A stretch of DNA of 64,000 nt from Bryobacterales bacterium (GCA_965200705.1 OZ241376.1:589722-653721), one strand, 5' to 3'; shown: positions 9,438 through 19,448, counted from the stretch's first letter. The notes: generated by a model not told the origin, from the sequence alone. Numbers and translations are program-made.

Positions 9438-9942
9438 AGCCCAAGTTCACCAGGCGAGTAGCGATTCTGGCCGAATTCGGCGTGTTTTGGGCCGCAAGTC
9501 GTTGGCTTGCAATGGCCGGCCTCCCTGAAGCTTCCAATGGCGAGGATTCAGTGGTCTGGAATCTGAAGGACATGACCGTTTTCTGTCACCTGTACAACGG
9601 CGTGATGAAGAAAGTCGTTCAATACGACGGCGTCATCCGTTGCTATGGAGACAGCAACGAGTGCGTACCTCCCGAAACCACACCCCAATGACCGTGGAGG
9701 AACGGCAGGCCATCCGGAAAAGAAACAGTGCTCCAAGCTCCGAATAGTGGACGAGCGGATACCGAGGCCAATCGTATCGTCGTTGTCTTGATGCCCTCGG
9801 CCATCACCATGATTGCCTGAACTGCTTTCCAGAGCCGAGTACATGGGTCTCCCGCTCCAGTCGAATCGTCGAACGGTCCAATGGATCCTGTGACTTGGGA
9901 ACACCGCGAGACTTGCTGCGACAAGAGATAGGATGGTGGTGC

Positions 9943-11409
9943 ATGGGTGTCCGAACGCTCTTTGCTCTTGTGCTCATGGTCGGCTTTTCGCCGAGCACAG
10001 TTCTCTTGGCCATTGCGGCCGAGAAGATGGACGTGCTCTTCATCGCGATCGACGACCTGAATGATTGGGTCGGCGTCCTCGGTGGCAACCCGCAGGCCAA
10101 GACTCCCAACATCGACAGACTGGCGCGGCGCGGAATGCTGTTCACCAACGCGCACACCGTCGTGCCGATGTGCGCACCAACGCGCTCCGCGCTGCTGACC
10201 GGACTTCGACCGAACACGAGCGGCATCTACGGACCCAGCGTCGATTTCCAGAGGATCAATGAGCTGCGCGACATCGTGACGTTGCCCATGCACTTCCGCC
10301 GGAAAGGCTACCGAGTGATCGGCGGTGGCAAGATTTTCCACGCTGACACCCTTCGGCGAAACGGCTTTCGCGGATTTCTTCACAAGCCTTCCTGGGACGA
10401 CTACTACCCCTCGATGGAGCGCCAGTTGCCTGAGGAGATTCGACCCATCCGTTGGCCCAGGAACGAGAATCCCAACTTCCTGTTTGGACTCTTCGACTGG
10501 TCCCCGGTGGCAGCGGAGGACTATGCCCTGGGGGATGCACAGGTCGTCTCGTGGGCGGTCAAGGAACTCCAACTCGAACGGGACGAGCCGATGTTCCTTG
10601 CCGTGGGCATCTACCGGCCGCACATCCCTTGGTACGTGCCCCAGAAGTACTTTGACCTTTTCCCACTGGAAGACATCGAACTCCCGCCGACGCTTGCAGA
10701 AGATCGCTCCGACTTGCCGGACATGGCCAGACAAGGCGACACCCACGACATCCATACTTGGGTGGTCGGGGGCGGCCACTGGGAGGCCGCGGTACAGGGC
10801 TACCTCGCGAGCGTCGCTTTCTCCGACGCCATGGTCGGGAGGCTGCTTGACGCACTCGATGCTTCAGGTCGTGCGGACGAAACGATCATCGTGCTGTGGT
10901 CGGACCACGGCTACCACCTTGGCGAAAAGGGCTATTGGGAGAAGTACACGCTCTGGGAGGAAGCCACCCGAGTACCGATGATTTTCGTCGCGCCCGGTGT
11001 CACAAGTCCCAACACGCGTACCGATCAACCAGCCTCGCTTCAGGACATCTACCCGACACTGACGAAACTTGCAGGACTAGCCGTTCCAAGTCACGTCGAA
11101 GGGCACGACTTGACGTCGCTTCTTGAAGACCAAGACGCCCCCTGGGATCGCGCAGCGGTCTCGACCTGGGGACAAGGGAACTATTCCGTAAGAGGGCGAA
11201 GATACCGTTACACGCACTACGAAGATGGAAGCGAGGAACTGTACGACCACGACAACGATCCGCATGAGTGGCGGAACCTTGCAGGAGATCCAGCTCTTGC
11301 TGCAGTCAGGACCAGGTTGGCCACGCATCTGCCCAAGGTCGAGGTTGCCTCACGACGTGGCACACCAGCGATAGGATCCAGTCCGGCGAGTCGCTTTCGC
11401 CAGAGGTAG
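9943..11409 (+). CDS. Sulfatase (formylglycine-dependent, exported)
   Basis: Track ORF 9895..11409. Start moved to ATG 9943 (MGVRTLFALVLMVGFSPSTVLLAIAA, signal-like). Sulfatase signature C-x-P-x-R in MCAPTRSALLTGL. DDLNDW metal-binding N-terminal block. Confidence 0.85.
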   Translation: MGVRTLFALVLMVGFSPSTVLLAIAAEKMDVLFIAIDDLNDWVGVLGGNPQAKTPNIDRLARRGMLFTNAHTVVPMCAPTRSALLTGLRPNTSGIYGPSVDFQRINELRDIVTLPMHFRRKGYRVIGGGKIFHADTLRRNGFRGFLHKPSWDDYYPSMERQLPEEIRPIRWPRNENPNFLFGLFDWSPVAAEDYALGDAQVVSWAVKELQLERDEPMFLAVGIYRPHIPWYVPQKYFDLFPLEDIELPPTLAEDRSDLPDMARQGDTHDIHTWVVGGGHWEAAVQGYLASVAFSDAMVGRLLDALDASGRADETIIVLWSDHGYHLGEKGYWEKYTLWEEATRVPMIFVAPGVTSPNTRTDQPASLQDIYPTLTKLAGLAVPSHVEGHDLTSLLEDQDAPWDRAAVSTWGQGNYSVRGRRYRYTHYEDGSEELYDHDNDPHEWRNLAGDPALAAVRTRLATHLPKVEVASRRGTPAIGSSPASRFRQR

Positions 11410-11502
11410 TACTCGCCTTCGACAAAGTCTTGCGTCGCGCTGCGATAGCTCTGGCAGCCGTCGCCGCTGTTGAAGCAGCACAGCCCAACAAGGGGCTGTA
11501 GC

Positions 11503-11784
11503 TCAACTGGTACCAGCTGTTGTCCTCGGTGCTTCTCGCGTTGAATCCGGGCATCTCTGTGCCCAGCACTCCTCTGGCGATGGCTCGGTAGATGGCAAGA
11601 CCGTGTCGCCCGTGGTGAACTCGCCACGGTTCAGCGCAGTTACTCGACCGCCCTCCGCATGGACGCCGTGACACGCTGAGCAGCGCAGCCGAGACAGCGC
11701 CTTGCGTGCACCGATCGACGCAGGGTCGTCATTGAAGGGACTCTCCTGCAGTGTCTGGTCCGAGGCTGCCACCGACACAGCCAA
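11503..11784 (-). pseudogene. c-type cytochrome remnant (frameshifted, no signal peptide or credible start)
   Basis: Heme motif CSACHG lies in the TTG-initiated ORF 11503..11784. The expected continuation (AIYRAIARGVLGTEMPGFNARSTEDNSWYQL) is in a different frame (ORF 11306..11674). An in-frame TGA sits 19 codons upstream of the TTG, and the intervening ...RRRFIGPLAVSVAAS looks like a beheaded signal peptide. Confidence 0.4.
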
Positions 11785-11912
11785 TGGACCGATGAATCGC
11801 CGTCTTGCGCTTGAACGGGTAGGACGTTGTGGAGGGATCGGTCAACCCGAGTGCATCGGCCGCTGAGGGAACCAGTCGAGAGTTCCCTTCCAAGACGGAA
11901 GAGCGACGGGAT

Positions 11913-14672
11913 TCAGAAGTCGAGCGCGAGAGTGAACCGGAAGGTCCTGCCGTCGTTCAAGGTGTTCGTAATGCGCCCGAAGCTCGGGGAAGTGAGGCTC
12001 GCGGTCGGGTCGGCGAACTGCGGCGTGTTGAAGAAGTTCAGGGACTCTGCGCGGAAGCTGAGCCGCCTGTCCGAGCCGAGCACCCAGCTTCGGGACAGGC
12101 TGGCATTGACGTTTGCGATCTTTCCCTTGCGGAACGTTCGCAGTCCGAGGTTGCCAGCGAGGTCGGAAATGTCCTGGAACTGAAACGCCTCGCGCGGCAG
12201 GAGCTGACTCGATGTGTCCGGGTCACCGATTGTGCGGCCGAGAACCGAGGGGTCCACCACATGGGGGCGATCGCCAATGGCGCCGTCAACATTGCCGAAC
12301 CCCGGTCCGTCCGACCCCGCCTGCACCGTGAAGGGCGTCCCGGTCTTCAGGAGCGTGACGGTCGAGATCTCCCATCCACCGAATAGCTTTCCGGACCAGC
12401 CGGATCGCTCCGGCGTTCGGTACGCCGCACGCATCAAGAACGAGTGCGGCTGGTCGAAGAAGGCCAGCGACTTCACGTCACCGTGTATGTTCTGCGCGGT
12501 CTGACTGACGGCCCTGCGGGCATCGCCGCCGTTCATGGTGTTCGTATAGTCGCTGCCCAGATCGATCGCCTTGCTGAACCAGTACGCTGCGTCGACCGTG
12601 ATGCCGTTCCAGTCGCGCACCACGAACGTGACACGGGCAGCGTCAAAGTAGGCCCGGGAGGCGTTGTGCAGCCGCAGCACGTCGTTATAGCGATCATCCC
12701 CGCGTCGTGTGTTCGTCGTCCGAACCGTCACCGGGATGCCGGACGGGCGCTCGCCGCGGTTCAGAAACCATGCCTGAAACACCTTGTGCGAGCGACTGCC
12801 CACGTAGCCAAGCTGCAAGTTCATCGTCCTTGAAAGGCTGAAGTCCCAGCTGAAGCTGTACTGGTGGCTGTATGGCTCGACAAGGTTGTCCGCGATGTCG
12901 AAGAGCGTCGAGCGTGGTGGAGCCCCACCCGGACCACCGGCAGCAACATCCGCGTACGCCTTCCCGCTTAGGATGTCGGCAAGCGTTGGCCGCAGCACGG
13001 CCAAGCGCACCACGTTCGGTGCGTTGATCCGGTACTGGCTATAGGTGACCGGGTATATCTCACCGTAGGAGATGCCGTACGCCCATCGAAGCGTTCCCAG
13101 CGAGCCACCTGGCCGATAGGCGATGCCGATACGGGGCGCGAAGTTGTTGCAGTCGCAGCCATACGGCAACGTCTCGAACTGATCGACCTCCAAAGGCGTC
13201 GTGACCAGCTCGTAGCGCAGTCCGAGACTGATGCTCAGGTCGGACCGGGCCTTCCACGTGTCGGATACGAATAACTGGCCCGCCCACTGGCGGAACCCGC
13301 GGTGGAAGCTGCCGACCGTCTTAAATACTCTGGTCGGTCGACCCAGTCGGAAGTTCGTGATCGCGTCGTTGCCGAAGTTGTTGGAGAACAGAACCGTGCC
13401 CCGGACAGCTTGCTGCTCGACACCGTTCAGCTGTATCCTCGCAAACTGGGCACCCGCCTTGATCGTGTGCTTCGTGAAGGTGCGCGTGACCTGCCCAGCG
13501 ATGCGGTAGGTGTTGATCGCGCGGTCAACCGGAATGAGGGGCGAGGGCCCTTGGCCGTTCAGGGCTCGGCCCACTGCGACTGTCGGGCCAAAGTTGTTCG
13601 GCTCGGCAATCAGCAGCGAACCCACCCGGTCATAGCCGAGGCTCAGGTTCGAAACCAAGCGCGGCGACCAGGGTCGAGTCCAGGTCACGCGCGGCCGGTG
13701 GCTCTTGATCTCGGTGTCTGGGTTAGACCCACGAACGAGCTGGAACGCATCCACGCTCTGCGATGTGAAGACGTAGCCGAGACCAAGGCTGCCGTAATCG
13801 CCGAGGTCGTTGTCCAGCCGCAGGTTGGCGGAATCCGTGTCGACCCGCTGCGGCGCATTCGTGTTCAGGGCGCGGGGATCAATGTCGGTCCGATTGGGAA
13901 ACTGTTCCGGGTAGGCGTCGAGCAGTTGCTGGACCAGACCCTGTGTCTCCGCGTCCACGAGATCTCCGTTGGCCGGGTCGATTCTCAGCGGAGTGCGTTC
14001 GTCGGGCAACGGCACCAGCACGTTGCCGTTGACCTGCCCCCGTATCTTCTGCTGCGAGCCGTTAGCGGTGAGCCGCGCCTTGCTCCACAGGGGAAGGGTC
14101 ACTCGGGCCGAGTACCGGTTCTCGTTCGCCGGCTGCACTTCTCCGAACTGGAAGAACGAGCGTGCGGAGACAGCGCTGTTGCCGTGGGTCCAGGACAGGT
14201 TGCCATGCATGTTCCGCCCAGGCGCAGGACGTAGATGGAGTCCCGGCGATGGCCGGCGACCATACTCCGCTCCGTAGTAGTCCCGGTCGGGCTGGAAGTC
14301 CGTAACGATCGTCGCGGTGGCACCGAGCCGGATGTTGAGCTCTTGAACGGTGTTTGTGTCCACGAGGTTGAACTGGACGTTCTCGTTCCTTCTCGCCTCG
14401 CCGGACTCCGTGTCCTCCTGACCCAGTAGGTTCAGGGCCGCGCGGTCCGCCGCAGCGTCGCCGCCCTCGGCCGGCTCTTCGGATTCCGGGGGCTGCTGAG
14501 CCGCCTCGCTTGCCGGATCGGGATTGGCATCGCTGGCAGGCTTGCCCTGCTGGGCGAGGCCGATCGATGACAGTAGGACGGCGATGGCGATAGGCAGTAC
14601 GGGGATGCGGATTAGGCCGAGGTGTGCATTCAGTGTCGTGTCCATCGTTGGCGACAGGGGAAGGTTCATCAC
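11913..14672 (-). CDS. TonB-dependent-receptor-like outer-membrane beta-barrel with atypical N-terminus
   Basis: 919-aa ORF ending in the aromatic OMP terminus ...FRFTLALDF. It has the acidobacterial-type TBDT block (GRNMHGNLSWTHGNSAVSARSFFQ). The N-terminus is a signal-like segment followed by an acidic low-complexity stretch, in place of a CarboxypepD_reg domain and the first half of the plug. Confidence 0.75.
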   Translation of the reverse strand: MMNLPLSPTMDTTLNAHLGLIRIPVLPIAIAVLLSSIGLAQQGKPASDANPDPASEAAQQPPESEEPAEGGDAAADRAALNLLGQEDTESGEARRNENVQFNLVDTNTVQELNIRLGATATIVTDFQPDRDYYGAEYGRRPSPGLHLRPAPGRNMHGNLSWTHGNSAVSARSFFQFGEVQPANENRYSARVTLPLWSKARLTANGSQQKIRGQVNGNVLVPLPDERTPLRIDPANGDLVDAETQGLVQQLLDAYPEQFPNRTDIDPRALNTNAPQRVDTDSANLRLDNDLGDYGSLGLGYVFTSQSVDAFQLVRGSNPDTEIKSHRPRVTWTRPWSPRLVSNLSLGYDRVGSLLIAEPNNFGPTVAVGRALNGQGPSPLIPVDRAINTYRIAGQVTRTFTKHTIKAGAQFARIQLNGVEQQAVRGTVLFSNNFGNDAITNFRLGRPTRVFKTVGSFHRGFRQWAGQLFVSDTWKARSDLSISLGLRYELVTTPLEVDQFETLPYGCDCNNFAPRIGIAYRPGGSLGTLRWAYGISYGEIYPVTYSQYRINAPNVVRLAVLRPTLADILSGKAYADVAAGGPGGAPPRSTLFDIADNLVEPYSHQYSFSWDFSLSRTMNLQLGYVGSRSHKVFQAWFLNRGERPSGIPVTVRTTNTRRGDDRYNDVLRLHNASRAYFDAARVTFVVRDWNGITVDAAYWFSKAIDLGSDYTNTMNGGDARRAVSQTAQNIHGDVKSLAFFDQPHSFLMRAAYRTPERSGWSGKLFGGWEISTVTLLKTGTPFTVQAGSDGPGFGNVDGAIGDRPHVVDPSVLGRTIGDPDTSSQLLPREAFQFQDISDLAGNLGLRTFRKGKIANVNASLSRSWVLGSDRRLSFRAESLNFFNTPQFADPTASLTSPSFGRITNTLNDGRTFRFTLALDF

Positions 14673-16411
14673 CCGCGCTCAGAGAGGGTGCGCGATGCCC
14701 CTGCGAACGCTCTCTCCAAGGCGGCCAGTCCTGCCTCGCGGTTATGCTTCACCTCGACACGCATGACGCGACGACCTAGGTCGGAAAGCGCCTCGAAGTC
14801 ACCGAGTGCCTGGGCGGATTGGACCAGGCCAAAGTTCAGATCGCTGTCAGGGATCGGCACTGTGGACCACTGGTCGCACGCGATCTGCACGAATACGCCC
14901 GAGTTCGGGCCCCCCTTGTGCAGCTGGCCCGTCGAGTGCAGGAAGCGCGGACCGAATCCTACGGTGACTGCAGACGACAGGGCCGAGCACAGCATCCCGC
15001 GTATGCGGCCCAGCAAGGACTCCGAGTGGATGTTCTTGACCAAGAAAGCCAGCAAGCCAATGTAGTCCTCATCTGATGCCGTAGCAAGATGCGCCGCCAG
15101 GTACTCGGCGACCGATGTCGAGTCCGAACCCTCGATCAAGCGCTTTGCGTGGTCCGGCGGCGCATACAGCCTGAACCCGTCGTCCTCGAAGAATGGCATG
15201 GGCTTGGGCAGAGAGCCCACCTTTTCGTAGGCCGCTATGGCTCGCCGCGTCGCCGACTTGGCCAACTCGACCTCGGGCTGGTCGAAGGGGTTGATGCCCA
15301 GCACAGCGCCCGCTACCGCAGTGGCGAACTCCCACCGCACGAATTCCCTGCCAATCTCGTCCACATCGCGAACCACGATGCGGACGACCGGGTGGCCGCG
15401 ATCTACGAGGTCGTCGACCCTCTGCATCCAGCGGCGGTCCGCCTCCGAATTGAGGGCCATCACCACAAACACATGGTCCGATCCGTGGCCCTTCGTGAAG
15501 TGGAGAGTGTCGCCTTCGATCGGCACGATGCCCGTGCCGGCCTTCCCAGCGGACTCCGCGACTAGCTGCTCAATCCACGGACCGAGAGGCCCAAGCCCCT
15601 GCGACATGACAAGGCTGAGCTTGTCGCGCCCTTCGCGCGCCGCCAGACCGATGATCAGCCCGAGCCGCAGGGCCGGATTGGAGGACAGGTTCGGATCGGC
15701 GCACGCAACCGTCATGGCGTTTGCGCCCACGAGTATACGCACGGTGTCCAGTCCCATCACCGCAGCTGGGACCATCCCGAAATTGGATAGCGCCGAGTAT
15801 CGACCGCCGATCGAAGGAACTCCGGGAAGCACATGCCGGAATCCGAGTTCCCGCCCCGTCGCCTCCAGCCGAGAGCCCGGATCGGTGATGGCGATGCAGT
15901 GCTGCCCCGCCCTGCTCTCCCCAATGCGGCTAGCCAATTGGGCGAAAAAGTACCGCCCGAGCAGATCCGTCTCCATCGTCGCCCCGGACTTGCTGCCCAT
16001 GATCAAGAGCGTGGATTCCAGATTGACCGACGCTTGGCATTCGAGGACCTGGTCCGGGTCGGTCGAGTCGAGGACCCTGACGTTGGGGTAACCCGGCCTT
16101 GCACCGAAGCAGTGTCGGAGCACCTCGGTGCAGAGGCTGGAGCCTCCCATGCCGAGGAGCACGGCATCGGTGTAGCGGTCCTTGCAGGCTTTGCGGAGGG
16201 CCGCTAGGGCTTCGTGCGAGGCAAGCTGCTCTTCGGCGACGGTCAGCCAGCCCAGCCACTCAGACTCACCCGAAGACCTCCAGAGAGTTTCGTCGCCCTC
16301 CCAGAGCCTTCTGACATTGTCGAAGCGCTCCCAGGTGCGGGCCGCCGCCCGATAGCTCTTGCGAAGGGTGTCAGGGACCCACTCCTGCTGGACGTTGACG
16401 GTGTGTGGCAT
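14669..16411 (-). CDS. pgi: Glucose-6-phosphate isomerase
   Basis: 580-aa ORF with PGI/SIS-family blocks (VLLGMGGSSLCTEVL, LLIMGSKSGATMET, PSIGGRYSALSNFG). Its stop overlaps the start of the downstream barrel gene (GTGA at 14669-14672). Confidence 0.85.
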   Translation of the reverse strand: MPHTVNVQQEWVPDTLRKSYRAAARTWERFDNVRRLWEGDETLWRSSGESEWLGWLTVAEEQLASHEALAALRKACKDRYTDAVLLGMGGSSLCTEVLRHCFGARPGYPNVRVLDSTDPDQVLECQASVNLESTLLIMGSKSGATMETDLLGRYFFAQLASRIGESRAGQHCIAITDPGSRLEATGRELGFRHVLPGVPSIGGRYSALSNFGMVPAAVMGLDTVRILVGANAMTVACADPNLSSNPALRLGLIIGLAAREGRDKLSLVMSQGLGPLGPWIEQLVAESAGKAGTGIVPIEGDTLHFTKGHGSDHVFVVMALNSEADRRWMQRVDDLVDRGHPVVRIVVRDVDEIGREFVRWEFATAVAGAVLGINPFDQPEVELAKSATRRAIAAYEKVGSLPKPMPFFEDDGFRLYAPPDHAKRLIEGSDSTSVAEYLAAHLATASDEDYIGLLAFLVKNIHSESLLGRIRGMLCSALSSAVTVGFGPRFLHSTGQLHKGGPNSGVFVQIACDQWSTVPIPDSDLNFGLVQSAQALGDFEALSDLGRRVMRVEVKHNREAGLAALERAFAGASRTLSERG

Positions 16412-16608
16412 CGGTCAAGCTCTCGAAAAGGATGCCGGACCTAGGGTCGCGGTCCCTCCGCCGATCCCATTCTCTCTAAGTTTCGGGGCGACGGGGTGGA
16501 TCATTTAGGCGCTATCAGAGCATGGACCGAGGCCCCTTGGACGATCCAGCGCATGGCCAATGCAGTGTTCCATCGCTGTCTGCGACTCGATCAGCGTCCC
16601 ATACGATA

Positions 16609-17589
16609 ATGGCCAAGATGCTGCGGCATGACTGGGCCCGCGAGGAGATCCGGGAGATCCACGACCAGCCGCTCCTCGAGCTGCTTTTTCAAGCGCAGGA
16701 GGCACACCGCGTCTACCACGACCCGGGTGTGGTGCAGGGTTGCGCACTCCTTAGCATCAAGACCGGTCTGTGTCCGGAGGATTGCGCGTACTGCCCGCAG
16801 TCGGCCCACCATTCCACGGAACTCGAGGTGGAGAGCCTGCTGAGCGTAGACGAAGCCCTGCAGAAGGCAAGGGAGGCTCGCGCCGGCGGAGCCACGCGCT
16901 TCTGCATGGGTGCCGCATGGAGGGACGCACCCGAGGGTCCGGAGTTCGACCGAGTGGTCTCGATGGTGCGTGGGGTCCGTTCCCTAGGGATGGAGGCATG
17001 CTGCACCTTGGGCATGCTGACCCAGAGCCAAGCGGACCAACTCGCCGAGGCGGGTCTCACGGCATACAACCACAACCTCGACTCGAGTCCAGAGTTCTAC
17101 GGGCAGATCATCACCACCAGGACATACCAGGATCGACTCGACACATTGGACCGCGTGCGGCAGAGCGGCATCACGGTTTGCTGCGGCGGGATCCTCGGGA
17201 TGGGCGAGACTGTAGACGATCGACTCGGACTGCTCCAGGAACTGGCTCGGCAGAATCCGCACCCCGAGAGCGTACCGATCAATGGTCTGGTCCGGGTGGC
17301 TGGCACGCCGCTCGCCGATCTGCCGCAGGTCAGCGCGCTGGACTTCGTGCGGGTCATCGCAACGGCCCGCATCCTCATGCCGGCATCGATCGTGCGCTTG
17401 TCCGCGGGACGCCTGCAGCTCTCCGAGGAAAGCCAAGCCCTGTGCTTCGTGGCAGGCGCCAACTCGGTCTTCCTTGGCGACCGCCTTCTGACGACACCCA
17501 ACCCGGACGAGCGCGAGGACGATCGACTGCTCGATCGACTGGGCATGCGCCTGAGCGAAGAGCCAATGACCACCGCGGCTGCGACGTAG
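16609..17589 (+). CDS. bioB: Biotin synthase
   Basis: Track ORF 16522..17589, start moved to ATG 16609 ([26 protein letters not shown]). Radical-SAM motif [11 protein letters not shown], then YNHNLD and the C-terminal BioB blocks. Confidence 0.9.
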   Translation: MAKMLRHDWAREEIREIHDQPLLELLFQAQEAHRVYHDPGVVQGCALLSIKTGLCPEDCAYCPQSAHHSTELEVESLLSVDEALQKAREARAGGATRFCMGAAWRDAPEGPEFDRVVSMVRGVRSLGMEACCTLGMLTQSQADQLAEAGLTAYNHNLDSSPEFYGQIITTRTYQDRLDTLDRVRQSGITVCCGGILGMGETVDDRLGLLQELARQNPHPESVPINGLVRVAGTPLADLPQVSALDFVRVIATARILMPASIVRLSAGRLQLSEESQALCFVAGANSVFLGDRLLTTPNPDEREDDRLLDRLGMRLSEEPMTTAAAT

Positions 17590-17610
17590 CGGATCCCCAA
17601 TAGGCGCTCC

Positions 17611-18753
17611 GTGTCCGTGCGGGATCTCGAACGCCGGTCTCGGGCCCAGCTTGAGCGGTACAGGACACTCGGCCTGCGACGGTCGCTCAACAAGCCTAGT
17701 GGCCTAGACCTCTGCTCGAACGACTATTTGGGCCACGCCCGCGACCCTCGCATCCGCAACCGCCTTGCTCGTGCTGCAGAGCGACTGGGCGTTGGGTCCA
17801 CGGGGTCGCGCCTCCTACGCGGTCACAGGCAGGTGTTCGGCAACCTCGAAGAGCGGTTCGCAGCCCTTAAGGGCACTCCGACGGCCCTGTTCTTTGGCAG
17901 TGGCTGGGCAGCCAACCTTGGGGTGCTGGCGACGTTTCCCGTCCAAGGCGACGTCATCTTCTCCGACGCCCTAAATCACGCAAGCCTAATCGACGGCATG
18001 CGCCTGTCGAAGGCAAGGCGCGTCGTCTTCCCGCACTGCGACGCCGACGCACTCGAGGAAGCGCTACGCAACGAGCCCTGCGATGGGCAGCGATTCGTGG
18101 TCACTGAGTCCCTCTTCAGCATGGATGGCGACTTCGCTCCGCTCGGTCGGTACGCCGACCTGCAAGAGCGCCACGGATTCGCGCTCATCGTGGACGAGGC
18201 ACACGCGGTGGGTGTCTACGGCGCCACTGGCAGCGGCCTGGTCGAGGAGCTGGACTGTGCCGACAGCGTCTTCGTTTCCACAAACGCGGCGGGCAAGGCC
18301 CTTGGGGTCTGCGGTGCGTTCGTCTGCGGTCCGCATTGGGCGACCGAGCTCCTCATCCAGTCGGCGCGTTCGTTCGTGTTCTCGACGGCACTGCCCCCAG
18401 CGATCGCCGAAGCGGTCGACGAGTCGCTCGATCTGGTTGCAGCCGTTGCGGAGCGCCGTACACATGTCAGGCAGCTTGGCAGGCGGGTGCGCGACCACCT
18501 TGGACTGCCGCCGCACGACTCCCCGATCGTCCCAGTGATCATAGGCGCCAACGACGCCACACTCTCGGTCGCCGAGCGCCTTCGCCGCCGAGGCTACGAC
18601 ACGCGCGCCATACGCCCGCCCACGGTGCCGGAAGGCACTTCGCGTCTCAGGGTCTCGCTCAACGCAACTCTCGAGTACGACCAACTGGACCGGTTCGCCC
18701 GCGACTTGGGTGGCATTCTGAAGGACGAAGGGCTGTGTCTGGAGTCTTCGTAA
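17611..18753 (+). CDS. bioF: 8-amino-7-oxononanoate synthase
   Basis: 380-aa ORF with a GTG start, 21 nt after bioB. Alpha-oxoamine synthase family blocks (SNDYLG, DALNHASLIDG, VDEAHAVG, NAAGKALG). Confidence 0.85.
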   Translation: MSVRDLERRSRAQLERYRTLGLRRSLNKPSGLDLCSNDYLGHARDPRIRNRLARAAERLGVGSTGSRLLRGHRQVFGNLEERFAALKGTPTALFFGSGWAANLGVLATFPVQGDVIFSDALNHASLIDGMRLSKARRVVFPHCDADALEEALRNEPCDGQRFVVTESLFSMDGDFAPLGRYADLQERHGFALIVDEAHAVGVYGATGSGLVEELDCADSVFVSTNAAGKALGVCGAFVCGPHWATELLIQSARSFVFSTALPPAIAEAVDESLDLVAAVAERRTHVRQLGRRVRDHLGLPPHDSPIVPVIIGANDATLSVAERLRRRGYDTRAIRPPTVPEGTSRLRVSLNATLEYDQLDRFARDLGGILKDEGLCLESS

Positions 18754-19391
18754 CAGGTACCGACACCGGGATCGGCAAAACGGTCGTGTCGAGCCTCCTT
18801 GTCGCCGCTTTGCGCCTAGACGGCGAGGTCGGCTACTGGAAGCCCGTCCAGACTGGGATCGAAGAGGACGACGACACGGCCGAGGTGGCACGGCTGGCCA
18901 AGTGCGGCGCGGAGGAGATCGCCGCGTTCGGAGTTCGACTCCCTCGACCACTCTCGCCACACCTGTCGGCACGGCTGGCGGGGACATCGATTGCTCTAGA
19001 CGAGCTGCTTGCCATGGGGAGCGGACTGTCCGACGACCGGTTCTGGGTCGTCGAAGGAGCTGGCGGTCTGCTGGTGCCGCTCAACGACACGGCGACGATC
19101 GCAGAGCTCATCGTGCGACTCGGTCTGCCCACGGTGGTCGCTGCACGCTCCGGCCTCGGCACGATCAACCACACCCTGCTGACCGTAGCCGAAATGCGTC
19201 GCCGCTCCATCCGGGTCGCTGGCGTCGTGCTTGTGGGTCCTCCGAATCCGGAGAACCGCAAGGCCATTGAAACCTACGGAGGAGTACAGGTCATCGCGGA
19301 AGTCCCTCCGTTCGACCCTCTCGACTCCGAGGCCATCACTAAGTTTGCGAGATCGCACGGGGACGGCCTGCGTGGTCTTTGGCGAACCTGA
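18735..19391 (+). CDS. bioD: Dethiobiotin synthetase
   Basis: Track ORF 18336..19391 is an N-terminal over-extension. GTG at 18735 gives MSGVFVTGTDTGIGKT (P-loop) and overlaps the bioF 3' end by 19 nt. Confidence 0.85.
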   Translation: MSGVFVTGTDTGIGKTVVSSLLVAALRLDGEVGYWKPVQTGIEEDDDTAEVARLAKCGAEEIAAFGVRLPRPLSPHLSARLAGTSIALDELLAMGSGLSDDRFWVVEGAGGLLVPLNDTATIAELIVRLGLPTVVAARSGLGTINHTLLTVAEMRRRSIRVAGVVLVGPPNPENRKAIETYGGVQVIAEVPPFDPLDSEAITKFARSHGDGLRGLWRT

Positions 19392-19448
19392 CCCACCGTT
19401 CGCGCCCGGAGAGCCGCAGGCCGGCGGGCCGTATGATGGAGGGTCCTG

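Noticed and set aside
9643-10779. 378-aa minus-strand ORF
   Set aside because: It lies entirely antisense to the sulfatase gene, which has a clear C-x-P-x-R signature. Its translation has no recognisable motifs and an Arg/Pro/Gly-rich composition typical of spurious antisense ORFs in high-GC DNA.
18064-18987. 307-aa minus-strand ORF across bioF/bioD
   Set aside because: It is antisense to two genes with strong family motifs, and its Arg/Pro-rich translation has no recognisable domain.
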